This document shows positions 23,387-36,184 of a DNA stretch of 64,000 nt, in pieces. The notes under the pieces were generated by a model that saw only the letters and a program-made list of their open reading frames with translations, had not been told where the DNA came from and did no database searches. Each line of letters opens with the position of its first letter. Position 1 is the stretch's first letter. The DNA is taken from positions 124,001 through 188,000 of the forward strand of contig NW_026515689.1 in NCBI RefSeq assembly GCF_025526975.1, read 5' to 3'. This DNA is from Fimicolochytrium jonesii (taxonomy: Eukaryota). The position numbers and the translations under genes were made by a program.

Positions 23387-25759
23387 ATGGGTGCTAAAGC
23401 ATCCCGACCCAAACCCGCCAAAGCCCTATCTTCGACAGCATCACATCCCAGCGCTTCACAACCACCCGTCCTCGCCATGCCCAACCCAACCCCATCTCTT
23501 TCAGACTTCCACGGCCTCCCCGTGCAAGACCTCGAACCCTTCCTCGTCCCCAAGCACCTCAAAATAAACCAACTCTCGTTCGGAACCAGCTTCGCCCTCC
23601 TTTCCAACGACGAGAGGAGGTATATCCACCACTTGTCGAGGGCGATGCAGTATGGGTTAAGGATTTCGAAGAGACAGATGTGTAGGGAGTTTGAGCAGGT
23701 TGAGAGGCTTGTCAGGGCTGTATTTAGGCCTATGGAGGGGGAAGCGGAGGTGGATTTCAAGGGGGTGCGGGAGAGGGCGGGGGTTTCGGAGGAGGAGTGG
23801 GAGTATTTTACGAGGTGGGGTGCGCGCGCCGCATGCTTCTTGCTTGTTTTGATCCCGTATTCCTCCCCTGCTCATGTGCTTTTCCTCGTTCCCACAGCTT
23901 TGTCGTATACACCATCAGCAACCGCAGTCTCTTCTCCTTCTGGACAAAAACCAAAAACGTCCCCCGTCTCACCCCTTCTCAATTCGAGCGCATCGTCGCG
24001 GCATCCCACAACGCCAAGGAAGCACTCGCGCTGTTCGAGCAGGCCTCGCCTTACCTCTTCTCCGTAAAACCCATATCTCAGAACCGCACCGGGTTTCCAG
24101 GGGAAGGCGGCCATTGTGACCTCTACGAAGGCCCTGTCACCGAAGACGATGCCGAGCGTGTGAAGAAGGCATGGCAGGAGTTGGGCAAATCTGCTGATGG
24201 GCTGGCCAACACGTACCTTGTCAAGCACGCCGATGGGAGTTATGAGGTTAAGATTGCCTGCATCGAGGTGAAGGAAAAGGAGACCCAACAACTGGATGAT
24301 TTGAAACTGGTCGTTTCGTACGGAGCGGATAGGGAAGAGCTCCAGCTCATGGTCGACGAAATCAAGCAGGCTATCCCATTCGCGCCGGGCGAGCTCCAAC
24401 CTCAGATTCTGCGCAAGTACATTGAATATTTCACCACTGGCGACTTCCGCATCAAACGGGAAATCGGGAGATTGTTCATTAATGATAAGGAAGCAATCAT
24501 CGACTTGAATATCGGCTACGATTGGACCTACGGCGACCCTGACGGAAGCAGGGGTGTTTTTGATGGTTTCGTTGGCGCCGTCAACAAGGAACATGGCATC
24601 AAGTACCACAATCTGGTCCTCAAAGGCCCCGAGATCCTCCGCGAGCTGCCGTACCCCGACCAATACCACGGCGAATTCATCGCACCGTCCTTCAAAGCCA
24701 TCGACTTGTTAACCACCCGCGGCTTCATGTACGGCATCGCGATCGAAGCCACCGACGACATTGGAAACATATGTGGGATGAAGCAGTTTGAAATGTCGAA
24801 TATTGCAAACGCGATGAAATCTCAGGAGAACTTGTACCTCTCCGACGAAGATCATGCGTTGGTTGTGAAAGCCGGAAACGGGATCATGTGTTTGATGTTG
24901 GGGTTGCATGAGTTGTTGGGACATGGGGCCGGGAAGGATTTCAGGGAGGATGAGAATGGGAAGTTGAACTTCGATCAGGAAGCGACGAGGGACCCGTTCA
25001 GCGGAGAGTTTGTAAAATCTTGGTACAAGCCGGGTCAATGTGAGTTCTGATTTGAAAGGGCAGGGTTTGCTTAACCATGCGTCTATCGTTCGTGGCTCAT
25101 ATCCTGCGGCGTCTGTCCTCCTTCATCGTCTAGCCTTCAACAACGTCTTCAGCAGCATCGCGTCCGCCTACGAAGAATGCCGCGCCGAACTCGCAACCCT
25201 AGTCCTCGCCCACAACCCCACCGCCCTTCGCGTCTTCGGCTACGAAAAAGAGACCCAAGCCGCGCACGACGCAACTTACATCGTCTACATCAACATGTGC
25301 CTGCAAGGCCTGGCCGCCGTCGGGTCCTACGACCTCGAATCCCAAAGAGTCCCCCAAGCGCATGCAATGGCCCGTTTCGTCATCCTCCGCGCCATGCTCG
25401 AGTGCGGGTTCGCGACCGTCACCAAAGAAACAGACGGGAAAGTATCCCTCCGTTTCCGCCGAGACCTCCTCGACACCGCCGCCCGCGACGCCGCGAGGGA
25501 TCTGTTGGCGAAGATGCAGGTCGCAAAGTCCACGGGCGATCTCCACGCCGTCGGCGCGAGGGAATATGTGAGGCTTATGGGCTTGACGGAGGAGTTGAGG
25601 GGGGTTCGGGAGGTTGTTGCGGGTAACGCCGCGAAGAAGGTGGTTCCGGTTTTTGTGCAGGGGAATACGGTGCTGCGGGAGGACGGGGAGGTTGAGTTGA
25701 GGGAGTATGAGGCGAATTGGGAGGGGGCTGTCAAGGCGTTGTTTGAGAGGGTGGGGTGA
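23387..25759 (+). CDS. DPP3: Dipeptidyl peptidase III (peptidase M49), divergent; 3 exons
   Basis: HELLGH zinc motif, SWYKPGQ, YEECRAE, QAHAMARFVIL, FVQGNT. Introns ~23815-23897 and ~25040-25132. Confidence 0.85.
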
Positions 25760-26215
25760 AAGGATGTTTGGTGTAATGGTGGAGCTCGTAGACTCGTAGC
25801 GTGGACTGAATTTCGTACCTTTACCCGGCGTAATATGGAGATCTCTAGAAATGTTATGGCGACGCACTGGAATGTTCGGATATTAGCCCTGCTGAGAGAG
25901 GGGATGGTGGAGAAGGCGGTGGACAACTTGAGTGCGAGCGGCTGTTGTCTTCATTGAGTCCAAAAATGGTTACCATCCAAAACGGACGGGTGGTGTTGGG
26001 GAGGTGGCTGCAGTAGTAGGCGGACTTCCCATCTCAAGTCCCGGTGTAATGCGATTCATGGGTGCGTGGAATATGATTTTGAGCATTTGCATTCGGAAAG
26101 AGGTATACATTTACGGGTACATCGTGCGCCATCCAATGGGAACAATATTCAAGAACGGTAAACAGGGAGTAGATGCTTACATCTACGTAGGAGCGGGAAT
26201 GATCAAACCCAATAT

Positions 26216-27423
26216 TCATGCAGCAGCGGCCCGGGTGGCAACCCTGGGCGCTCGCTGTCTGGTCAACGGGCCGAGCTCCACATCATTGTACTCGAACTGG
26301 TTTCCAGCATCCGTCTTGAATTGGTTAACGTAAGGCGAGTAAGTGGTTACCGAGATCTTCCGCGCGGCGGCGTCGAACGTCAGCAGCCGGAGGAAACCGT
26401 TTCCACCCTTGACACCGTCCTGGTAGTCGGCCAGCATCTGGAACACCTTGTTTCCGGCGTCGCCGGTGCCCGTGAGGCGACCGTAACCGCCGTCCACGCC
26501 ATTGTGCATGTGGCCGTTGAGAACCATCAGGATGTTGGGATGCTTTCGGATCAGCTTGTCCCACACTTTCTGACCGTTGTTGGCGCCACTGCCGATACCG
26601 TAGCTCTCCGGGTTGGAGACGTGCGACGACTTGCTGCCCTGCAGGGTGTTGTCAAAGTAGGTGTGGGCGTGCGACGTGACGATCACCCTACGCGTCGGGT
26701 TGGCGGCAATGATGCGGCTCGCCCACTGCAGTACGGCATCGCGGGGCCCGAATTCGAGGAAGAGAAGGAGGTAGTCCGTGCCCTCGGCGGAGAAGGTAAA
26801 GTAGTTGTTGTCGATGCGGTTGGCTTCAAACACCCCGCCGAACCCGGGCTGCTTGGACAGTTTGGACACGGGGAAGTGCTTGTTGAGCCCGCTGGTGTCG
26901 CGGCTGCCGGTGAGCCCGAGGAAACCGATGTCGTGATTGCCTGGAAGCACCGAGTACGGGACCTTGCCGTCAAGGACTGACATGGACTTCAAGCCACGCT
27001 TCCATTGCGAGTCGGTGTTCCGGTTGGTGACGTCGCCTTGTTTGTTTTCGTAAGCATTCGGAGAACAATAAGCACAAGACCCATATGAGAGCAGGTTGAT
27101 AGTCCAAAACTGCATACCTTCGTGAATAACAAACAAGATGTTCTGCTTGGCTAGGTTGTCAACGATCCATTGGGTCTGGCTGGTGAAGATCTCCGGGTAG
27201 GACTCGCTGTAGTGCTGCGTGTCCGGGAGAATCGCCAAGACTGCACGCAAACCCGAAAGACCAGTTAGCGTCGTTGGGTGAATTCCTCCTACGAAACTCC
27301 GACTGCGGGCATAAGGCCCGAGAACTTACCAAACGGCTTCGGGGCCGCGGCAACGGGCGCCGATCGGACGCCCGCGACGACAACCAGCAGCAGGGCGGCG
27401 GTGATTTCCAAGACGCTCCTCAT
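26216..27423 (-). CDS. Secreted calcineurin-like metallophosphoesterase, bacterial-type; 3 exons
   Basis: Signal peptide MRSVLEITAALLLVVVAGVRS. Motifs LPDTQ, HEGDV, PGNHD, TSHAH, NGHMH. Introns 27329-27241 and 27117-27037. Confidence 0.88.
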
Positions 27424-29098
27424 GATGCGGTGTACGGATGTTTGACGACCTTACTACCTTGCGAGAGAAGAGCCCCCCCCCCCCCCCGAAGAAGGCCGGC
27501 TTTTATATCCCAAGGACTCATTATCTGCGCTATGTTGCCACTCTCAACAAACGGCGCTTCCGGTCAAAGAGTTCGCGACACACGACGGGAGCACGTTTTT
27601 TCCCCTGCGCTCGTCGTGCCGGCCATCCAGCCTGGACGTTCTCCGGGCGAGTATGTGTGAATGACATCCCTTTCTAATGCCGTCCTCCGTGGTTGGGGGA
27701 ACGTGGCCGAGCTTTGATGCCGGTTACGGAAGTCAAAGTGATACCGTTGATCGCATTGTGCAACATCTGGCTCTACCCTCCCGACGAGACTGACACTGCG
27801 AACGGATGCACTGCATATCAATCGGAAACCTTAAAAGCTTGGAGGGGCTCACGAATTGATAAGGGAAACCTTGAAAAGGGACGAGGTCACGTAGCCTGTG
27901 GTTCTCCGATCGAACAAACGTTGACGATCAAAAAAAACCTTCACAATGAGAGCACTAGGATGACACCGGTCAAAACGTGCTGACACTATTCAACAGTGTG
28001 TACGCGTTTGGCGCCGCCCTGACAGACCGTCCGTAAAGAAACGTGGTGTTCTTCTTTTTTCCCGAGCACTGCAACGGTCATAAATGACATGCCCTGACAA
28101 TCATCGGCAAAAGCTGGCTGATCTTCGAGGATCCTTCATACCAGCCGTTGTACATACTCTAGCAACGCCCACACCCACAATGACCGAAGGCCAAACTATC
28201 CAGCGGCTGAAGGAATTCCCTGATGTTTTGCGGTACAGTAGGTGGTGGCATGCCTTGGATCCATCCCCGCAGGTCGGTTGCGTTGGCTGAGGCGGAAGGA
28301 GTAGGTGAAGAGCCTCTTGAGGCGTCAGACTTGGATTCTTCGTTCTTCTTCTTATGTGGTTGAGCGGAAGTAACGTGGACAGCTTTTATCATGCGGGGGG
28401 GTAGGTGATGGTTCACTTCGTTGTTGGACGTGACGGGGTACGCCTTGAATAGGTGGAGTACGTGAGTCAATGCCAGAGTGCCAATTAGAAGATTCGGAGC
28501 TCTTAACAGCGGTTTGAACTTTCCTCCTCCTCTAGTAGCGGGCGGCAGTGGATCCAGGAGAGCTCTCCCTTGGGAGAATGGACAGCAGTAACCGAAACGG
28601 GGCGAGCAGCGGGAAGACGGAGAAAGACGAGGCACTGCCGAGCGAATGCTGACATTGCGATATACTACACACGGCAGACAGCATAGTGGCACGTAATGGA
28701 CGTAATGGGCACGTTAGGAAAGCCCAGGAAGATCATCACCAGCAAGCTCCTCCATCATTCAGGCCGATGCAAACCCCCTTCCCCCGTCCAACTCCGTCTG
28801 TCCAATCACCCTGATGAGCAACGTTGGAACCGCGACACGTCAGTTTCGGTGTTTGATACGTACTTGTTTTAGCATTCTGGTCAAATGGTTCCATAGTCAA
28901 TAGACAGACAGAAGTGTAGCTTATACCTACCTAGGTCGCGTAATGCTATGGAGAGGCGAAGGATTTCCTCACTCGAGTATTAACGAATGCCATGGTTATT
29001 CCCAACGACAGCTAACTTTCATTTATGTACAGCGCATACACATGGGTTCATATCATACTACATCTGATTTTCGGGGATAGGCTGATAGCCGACGGTCG

Positions 29099-30064
29099 CT
29101 ACTTAAGCTCGGAAAGTGGGTGTTCTTTCACATCCAGGAAGCTGGAGACCAGCAATCTGCAGGAGACCTCATCAAACTTCTTGCTTGCCCTGGCTAGGTC
29201 CGCAACAATCTCAGCTTTACTCGTATCCCGCGTCTTAGCCCAGATCTCCAATACGCCGCCTCCGTTGTACTTCGACAGTGCCTCCTGCCACTCCGTCTGC
29301 CATTCTTCGTTCCAGAAGAGGAGGACATATCTAAGCAACCGCTTCGGCATCAGATTCGACCATCGCGGAAGCGTCAACTGGCTCCCACAGAATGCCACAT
29401 CAAGGAAGCGGATGCATTTGGAGAGATACAAGAGGACCACATGAACAGAAGGGCCATATAATTTCAGTCGGACGTACACGACAGGCGGGCGCTGCCACCA
29501 ACGAGATCTGCTGCTTGGAAGAAGTTCCCTAGAGGTCCCTGCCGCCATCCGCAAACAAGGAAAGTTGGGCTTCCGGTTGAAGAATTGCCAGCCCAGGCCA
29601 AGAACGTGAGTGGTCTTCAACGCGTATTGCCAACATAAGGTGTCGACAACGGCTGAGAGGCCCCCCTCTAGATCGTCACGCACTACGTTGAGGAGCAGGC
29701 GTCCGTTGTCCCAGCCAAAGTGGGATTCGTCTCCGGGTTCGGTGGATGCGAACATCACGCGTTCAGGGCGGCACACGGTGAGGATGGTGTGAATCTGTCC
29801 CAAAGCTCTGGGATTCCAGTTTATTATGTCGAAATCGACTTCCTTCACCCATGCGAAGCGTTCAGGACGAATGATAAGAGTTGTGAGGAGTATATCCAGC
29901 TGACCGCCGTTCGAGATGTGCATGCGAGCGTAGAGGTTTTTGATAAGCAGATCGTGCCATGTCCGAGACACAAGGGCCATCCTCGCCTGAGCCGTCTTGT
30001 CGGCGCGGTTTAAGATGAGGGGTATAAGCTCCAAAGGAAGGCGCGGAGTGTCGCTGCCGGTCAT
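29099..30064 (-). CDS. F-box domain protein (lineage-specific), intronless
   Basis: N-terminal LPLELIPLIL...MALVSRTWHDLLIKNLY F-box pattern. Confidence 0.65.
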   Translation of the reverse strand: MTGSDTPRLPLELIPLILNRADKTAQARMALVSRTWHDLLIKNLYARMHISNGGQLDILLTTLIIRPERFAWVKEVDFDIINWNPRALGQIHTILTVCRPERVMFASTEPGDESHFGWDNGRLLLNVVRDDLEGGLSAVVDTLCWQYALKTTHVLGLGWQFFNRKPNFPCLRMAAGTSRELLPSSRSRWWQRPPVVYVRLKLYGPSVHVVLLYLSKCIRFLDVAFCGSQLTLPRWSNLMPKRLLRYVLLFWNEEWQTEWQEALSKYNGGGVLEIWAKTRDTSKAEIVADLARASKKFDEVSCRLLVSSFLDVKEHPLSELK

Positions 30065-30732
30065 GATGGTGCTCGCTCCTTCCGTTGCACGTTGGGGCCC
30101 GCGGATGTTCTATGCGGCAAGTGAACAGGCCAAATGTTCCCAGAGATGTTCCCTTATAATCGTCCAAAAACGGGTACAGTGGGAACAGGCGGCCGAAAAG
30201 GCCGAAAGCGCCCTCATCTGACTCATTGACAGCACGCTGTCAGTCGCAACGTTCAGCTTTCCCCAAGCATAATTATGACCCAACGCCCCGGCGTCTTTTA
30301 ACCAGTTGCCATGAAGGCCGTCATGTATTCAACCGATCTATACCTGCTAAGGAGCTTTGAATGCGGAATGCATCGCATTCGTGTATCAAAAGAAGGGTGT
30401 AGCTTGCGGGCCCATTCAATTTCCTTGGCGGCCTGCCTATGCGCCGAGCCAACCCCGATCCTCATCGCGTGCACGTAATATAGATACGTAAAATAAGAGG
30501 CACCCGATAGATATACATAAAACAACGAAAAGAAAAGGAACAAGAAGAAAAGTGGGATAGTTGTGTGCTCAAAGCGTCCTGTCTAGCCTGAATAAAGTTG
30601 TATGCATGCGTGGTGAAATAAGGCGGTATGCATGCGTGGTGGTACTGAATAATGCCTGAATCTTCTCCCCATCCACGTGTCCGTTGAGACGACACGCAGG
30701 GTATATATAATGTCCCCGGACTCTCACAGCAT

Positions 30733-32529
30733 TCAAGGCCTAGCCATAATCGGCCGATAAGCAATCCGCAAACACTGGATTCCCAAATGGCTACAGAACC
30801 GGTCAATCACCGCGGTCGCCCAGTGGAGGTACGAGGTTGCTGCGTAGGCGAGGAATAGGTACAGGTAGGCGATTTCTAGGGCGGGTGGCAGGATCGCAGT
30901 GCTGGGGAAAGAGATGGGAGGTGAGTGGGTGAGCGGGTGATGGGGGAGAGATGGGGATGGGAAGGGAAGGGGCTTACCTGTTGAGGAGGTAAGGCAAGTT
31001 GGTCAACCCGGCGCCGATGAAGACAGGGATCATGAGTTTCCAGAAGGTTGGGTAGGAGGAGTGGGTTACGTGGGCGAGGATAATTGCCGTCTACAAAAAG
31101 TCCACCATCAAAGCCATTGAGTATTACAGCCACGAGCACCCCAAATGTCGAAGAAGCCCCTACTCACCGCGATCCTCCCAAAAACCAACCCAGTAGCAAT
31201 CACAAACGCCACGGTATGCGTGCCGTTGATAGTCGAGAACGCCGAGTTGAACCACAGGCACATGGCGAGCACGAAGGCGGTGTACGGAACGAGTTGGCCC
31301 ATGGCTTTGCTGGTGGAAGTGTTTTTCTCTTTGCAGACTTGGGCAACGCGCCAGACGCTGAGCAAGAATCCGGGTTAAATGAGGTGAGCGGCAAGAGGCG
31401 ACAGGGATATGGGAGGTGATGTTACTTACCTAACAGGCAACTGCGTGAAAAGCATCATAGCCAACATGCCCGCAAGACAAACCTCACCTAACGGCCAATC
31501 ACTTGGCGCAAACCACGTCAAGATCGGTGCAGATGTTCCAATCTCCTGCCACCAGATCCCCGGTCCCCAGATCCCGCTCGCGACCAACAACCCGCAGGCG
31601 ATGATGAGACCTTCGGTGGGGCCGTTGATGTAGCCGAGATAGAGGGAGCCAGTGTGGTAGTTTTCCCAGGTGGAGAAGTAAAAGGTTGTGATTGCTGTTG
31701 TGGGGGGAAGGGGCAAGGTCATAAACGATGGAACTTCGAAATGACGGGCTTTGAAACCGGACACATACCCATCAGCTGCATGATCATGCATCGCCAGCCT
31801 AAGCCCATTCCGAGACCTGCGGCTTGCACGATGGCACCGAACTGTTTGAATGAGAATGAGTGAGTCACATCAAGATGCGGCTATGAGAATCGATGTGGTA
31901 GCACAAAACGACACTTACGGAGCAGTTCAAAGAGTCAACACCACTAAAAAAACAAGAAAAGAGGTGTCAGTCAACCATCCACCATTCCAACGCAATGCGA
32001 CGGAAAACATACTGGTCAAAGAGCTCCCCCAAAGGCGAACTGCTTCCCGTCCGCCTCGCCTGCTTTCCATCCACATTGTCGAAGGTGGAGTATAACCACA
32101 TTCCAGCGGCGAAACTGAAGTAAATCCAGGACGGCCCAGCGGAAGATAGATCGGGGGTGTATATCAGCGCGATGCCGACGTTGGCGAGGACGAAGAAGAA
32201 TCCGAGGAGGGTGATCAGGTTGGGTCTGTCACGAGAATTGGGTTAGCTCCCAGCAGTTTTTTCTGTGCGTGAATCACGAGCGGAACGTACGCAAGCCACA
32301 TAGGGAACAGAGTTGTGCAGAATTCCCAGTACGGTTTCAGGATGTACTTTGAAACCGGCGACTAAAGAGAAAAAAGAAACACGGATGAGCCTCGGCACGA
32401 AATCAAGAAATCATTGACTTCCCAGGCGCATACCATGTCAATAGAAGAGTACTTGTAGAACCGAAGGTTCCTGAGCGCCTCGTCCGAAACGTAGGACTCT
32501 GGCGTGGGGAATAGCATTGAGGCGACCAT
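30733..32529 (-). CDS. Choline/ethanolamine phosphotransferase (CDP-alcohol phosphatidyltransferase, CPT1/EPT1-like); multi-exon
   Basis: [83 protein letters not shown]. Confidence 0.92.
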
Positions 32530-32735
32530 TTCTCTGCGAGAGCGAAAGATGGTTAAGGATACACTGGCGAAAAGAAAACCCCCAGGAGCAGACTGCGGTG
32601 TGGTTGTCGGGGAGGCACACACGACAGAACTCTTCCGACAGTGAGCTAGACAACCATCTACTCAATCACCATCAGGATATCATCCACCATCATTAGCGAT
32701 CATAACCACGATGCGAAGCGGGTCAGTTGGATGGT

Positions 32736-33542
32736 TTAACTACTTAGGTGAGGAGAGTATTGCGCCTTGGGCGCAAGGTGGGCTCCCTTCGGTCGCAGAA
32801 GATCTGACGCTCGTTGAGGCATGCTAAGAAGTGCGTTGAGAGGAGTATTGCGCCTTTGACGCAATGTGTCTCGCTCCCCTCGCACTTCGCTATCGCTCGC
32901 GAAGGCGTTCGTTCTGGGCGAACTCGTGGCCGCTCGGTCTTTTAGACCGAACCACCCGCTTCCCACCACCATTCTGATCATCCACAGCCCTCCATTCAAA
33001 GTCCCATTCCCACTCCCACTCCCATTCCCTCCCATACCATACCTCTTCCGCCTCCTCCGAACCTTCTCCGCGGTATTCTTATTCGCCTTCCCCAACGAAC
33101 TGCTCAAAACAACCTCCTTCCTCCCACTTCGATTCTGACGGGCCGGTCTCTTTCTCGCTGTCGCTGCGTCAGCAGCCTTAACAGCTTTCGGTGATTCGGA
33201 TTTGGCTTTGGCAGCAGAGGCGCGGGTCTCTGCCTCGCTGGCGGGTTTTTTGGTGTGGGCGGCCAGGGTGGCGATTTCGGCGGGGGATTGAGGGGAGCTG
33301 TGCTTTGGAAGGGTGTGAGATTTTTGTTTCTCACGGGGCGAGAAAAGGGTGATCTGCTCTGGGAAGGTCAGAGGAGGAGAGGAAGACGGACCTGCTTTGT
33401 GTCGCAGAACTGGTTGCTTCTACTACGGGCGCTACGCTTGCAGCAGTGAGTGCTACGGCGGTGAGCGGGATGCGGGCAGCTTGGCAACTCTCAACACCCT
33501 CTTGGACCCAAAACGGCGAGAGAATACTTACCACTTATTCAT
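32736..33542 (-). CDS. Small basic hypothetical protein; exon structure uncertain
   Basis: Coding-like exon AQLPQSPAEIATLAAHTKK...KVRRRRKR (~33300-33042), an ATG followed by a GTAAGT donor near 33531, and a putative last intron ~33041-32740 containing the GAGCG-type repeat in sense. Confidence 0.35.
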
Positions 33543-33954
33543 GTGGGACATAACGCATGCAAGGCCTCAATATAATAATGGTTAAGTGGATCCAAAGCTG
33601 CGGCAGCACCCGCGACTTCACAGAAACAACCGCAGACCAACACGCCAATTTTACAACAATCCCATCGTGACCCAATTGGTGACCGGGTGGAATCCAGTAA
33701 AGGATTAATAGGGAACATAAGCTTCCCGAGGTCCAACGGTCCGGTACTGTCCAGCCTGGGTTTAGGGTTATCGTTAAGAGTGCAATGGAATGACGGTAAA
33801 GTGTGCTGTCAACCCAATCCGTCCGTGTACTGTATGCGACATGTGATATCCGAATACATGCGATATGCGACATGCGATGTCCACCTTTGGATTTCCCATA
33901 CCACTTATATATACAATCTATGTAGTCTCTACTCTGCGAAGAATAGTCCCTCGT

Positions 33955-35905
33955 TCATCCTCTCGCCATAACATACCCCACCACAATCCCCACAACCCCC
34001 AATGCATACCACCCCCAACCCGTCCTCACCGTCTCATGCCGTCTCGTCCGGTGCACATGTCTAGGCGCAGGTGCTTCCACCTCGCTCTTCCCTTCCTCCC
34101 CACCCGCCCTCCGTCCCCTCAAACTTCCCACAACCTCCCTCGCAACCCTCTCCCCACTTCCCACCGCCCCCTCCATATACCCACACCACTCCGTAGCAGT
34201 CTCCGTCCCCGCAAAATGCACATTCCCATGCACGGCGCGGATCTCGGTACCGTACTGTGTTAACAGTCCGCATCCCATTGAGGCAACGGGGCAGCCGCCG
34301 CTGTACTCTTCCGCACTCCAGTCTTGTTCGATGTATTCGATCGGGTGCAGGGCCAGGTCCGAGGATGTTAATGTCCGTAGGTGGTGGAGAATCACGCTTT
34401 TGCGTTGTGAGGGAGGTTGAGCAGACCACTCCCTCCCCGCCCCACTCAACAAAAACGCCGTCAAACACGCAACACCCGCATCCCCACTACACGTATCAAA
34501 CACCAAGCTGACAGGTCCGCAATGGCTCACCATCTCCCCGCTTAAACCGTTATCGCGCCAGAAGGCGGTGGAGTAGCGGAGGACGACTTTTGTGTAGTAG
34601 CCCATTGCTGTGCTGCGTTGCGTGAAGTGTTTTTTGAGAGCGGGGAGTTCGGGGGACCATTTGACGCGCGTGTACTGGGGGGGTGGTGCGGTGAAGATGA
34701 CTGTGCGGGCGCGGTAGGGGATGTTTGTTGCTACAATCAAAGGAGGTTGGTGAGGTTGAGAGCTGACGATTGGGATGTGTGCGGATTACACGCTTACAGT
34801 TGGTAAAGACGGTGACGGACCCGTCGGGTGATAACTGCTCAATGCTCTGCACAGCAGCCGACAATATAATCCGTGACTGCGGAAGCAACGCCGCAAGTCG
34901 TTTCGATATCGTCGCAGCTCCCTCCTCCAACCGCATCTTCTGCGCCCCTTCCACCTCAATCAACGACAACAACCCTTTCCCGGAATGACAATAGAACAAA
35001 AACCACAGAAACGAAATCTCCTCTGGGTCAACGCCGATGATCGACCGGCATGCAATGTCAAACATCTGTTTGGATTCGCGAGTCCAAAGGTTGCGGCGCA
35101 TCCATTCGGCGAGGGTTATTGAGTCGTGCGCAAAGGCGTCTTTTGCCTGCATTCGGTGTTAGAGAGCCGTTAGGCGGGTTCCCAGAGGCTTGCTGGTTGT
35201 AAATGGGTCTACCTTCGTGGGATCATCCAGCGGCACCTTGCGACACATACTCTCCAACCTCGTGATCCCCTGCTGCACATCAATCAACGACGGGATCGAT
35301 ATGCTGGGAATATCGCCCGTATATGTCCGGAGTTTGCCGGGTTCGAGTTCTAGGACCGAAGAGCCTGTCCGGTATTGCGGGAAGAGGTTGAGATCGAATT
35401 CTTTGACAAGGGCGCCGACAAGGGGTTGCGTGTCGGGGTTGATCCTATGCGACGTCGCGTATGATGATGAATAATCGGTCCATTGATCGAGGGAGGGGGA
35501 TTGACACTAACCACATCCCGCCTAGATCGTAGACTACGCCGTTGATCTGTCTGGTCATCGTGCGGCCGCCTACCCTGTCGCGAGCCTCGAGCACGAGGAC
35601 GTCCAGCCCTGTGGGAATTGGGTGTGAGAAATTCACATTATCTTTCAGCACACTGCGTGGTACGCCGCCCGGGGTGACCACACCAGACGCTGCTAGTGTA
35701 TTGACGAACGACGTCCTCCATGGTGTCTATATCCATATCCACCACCGTTTCCCACGCGCGGCGTGCTCCAGGATGAAGCCACGTTTTGACATGGAAACGG
35801 ACGACACTATATACAGTACTCACCAGCTTCTAGACATCTTCGGGCGGCGGTGAGGCCTGCCAGCCCCGCGCCGACCACGATGACGTCGTAAGTCTTCTGC
35901 ACCAT
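33955..35905 (-). CDS. Flavin-containing amine oxidase (MAO-like) with C-terminal membrane anchor; multi-exon
   Basis: DVIVVGAGLAGL, VLEARDRVGGRT, DLGGMW, EEYSGGCP, HFAGTETA, GYMEGA, and a hydrophobic C-terminus. Confidence 0.92.
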
Positions 35906-36184
35906 CCTATAAGCTGTTTGGGGGGTGGTGGTGCTGTCCGTCGGCGTTACCGTGGGCCTTGCCAAGTGCCCCTCGAGTTAAGGAAGGCTTCTAATGCATG
36001 AGTTGTGTCATGCAATTAATCTGCATATATCACGTGCCCCCACCTGACACCCGATCTTGTCTCCTCCGCCTGTTTTCCCTCACGCTCTTTCTTCAAACTA
36101 GGCCTAACACACAAAGGACGACCAGGCATTCGCCAACAACACCGACACCCTCGCTTGGGCTTCAACACAGCATACGTAGTCGAC

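Noticed and set aside
17571..27423. Secondary-metabolite gene cluster (methyltransferase, reductase, peptidase, phosphoesterase)
   Set aside because: No backbone enzyme (PKS/NRPS/terpene synthase/RiPP precursor), transporter or regulator; adjacency alone is insufficient.
35609..35823. Amine oxidase intron 1 (~215 nt) as another member of the intronic repeat family
   Set aside because: Moderately long but lacks GAGCGAAGC/ATGCTTGAGG words, showing that not all longer introns carry the repeat.
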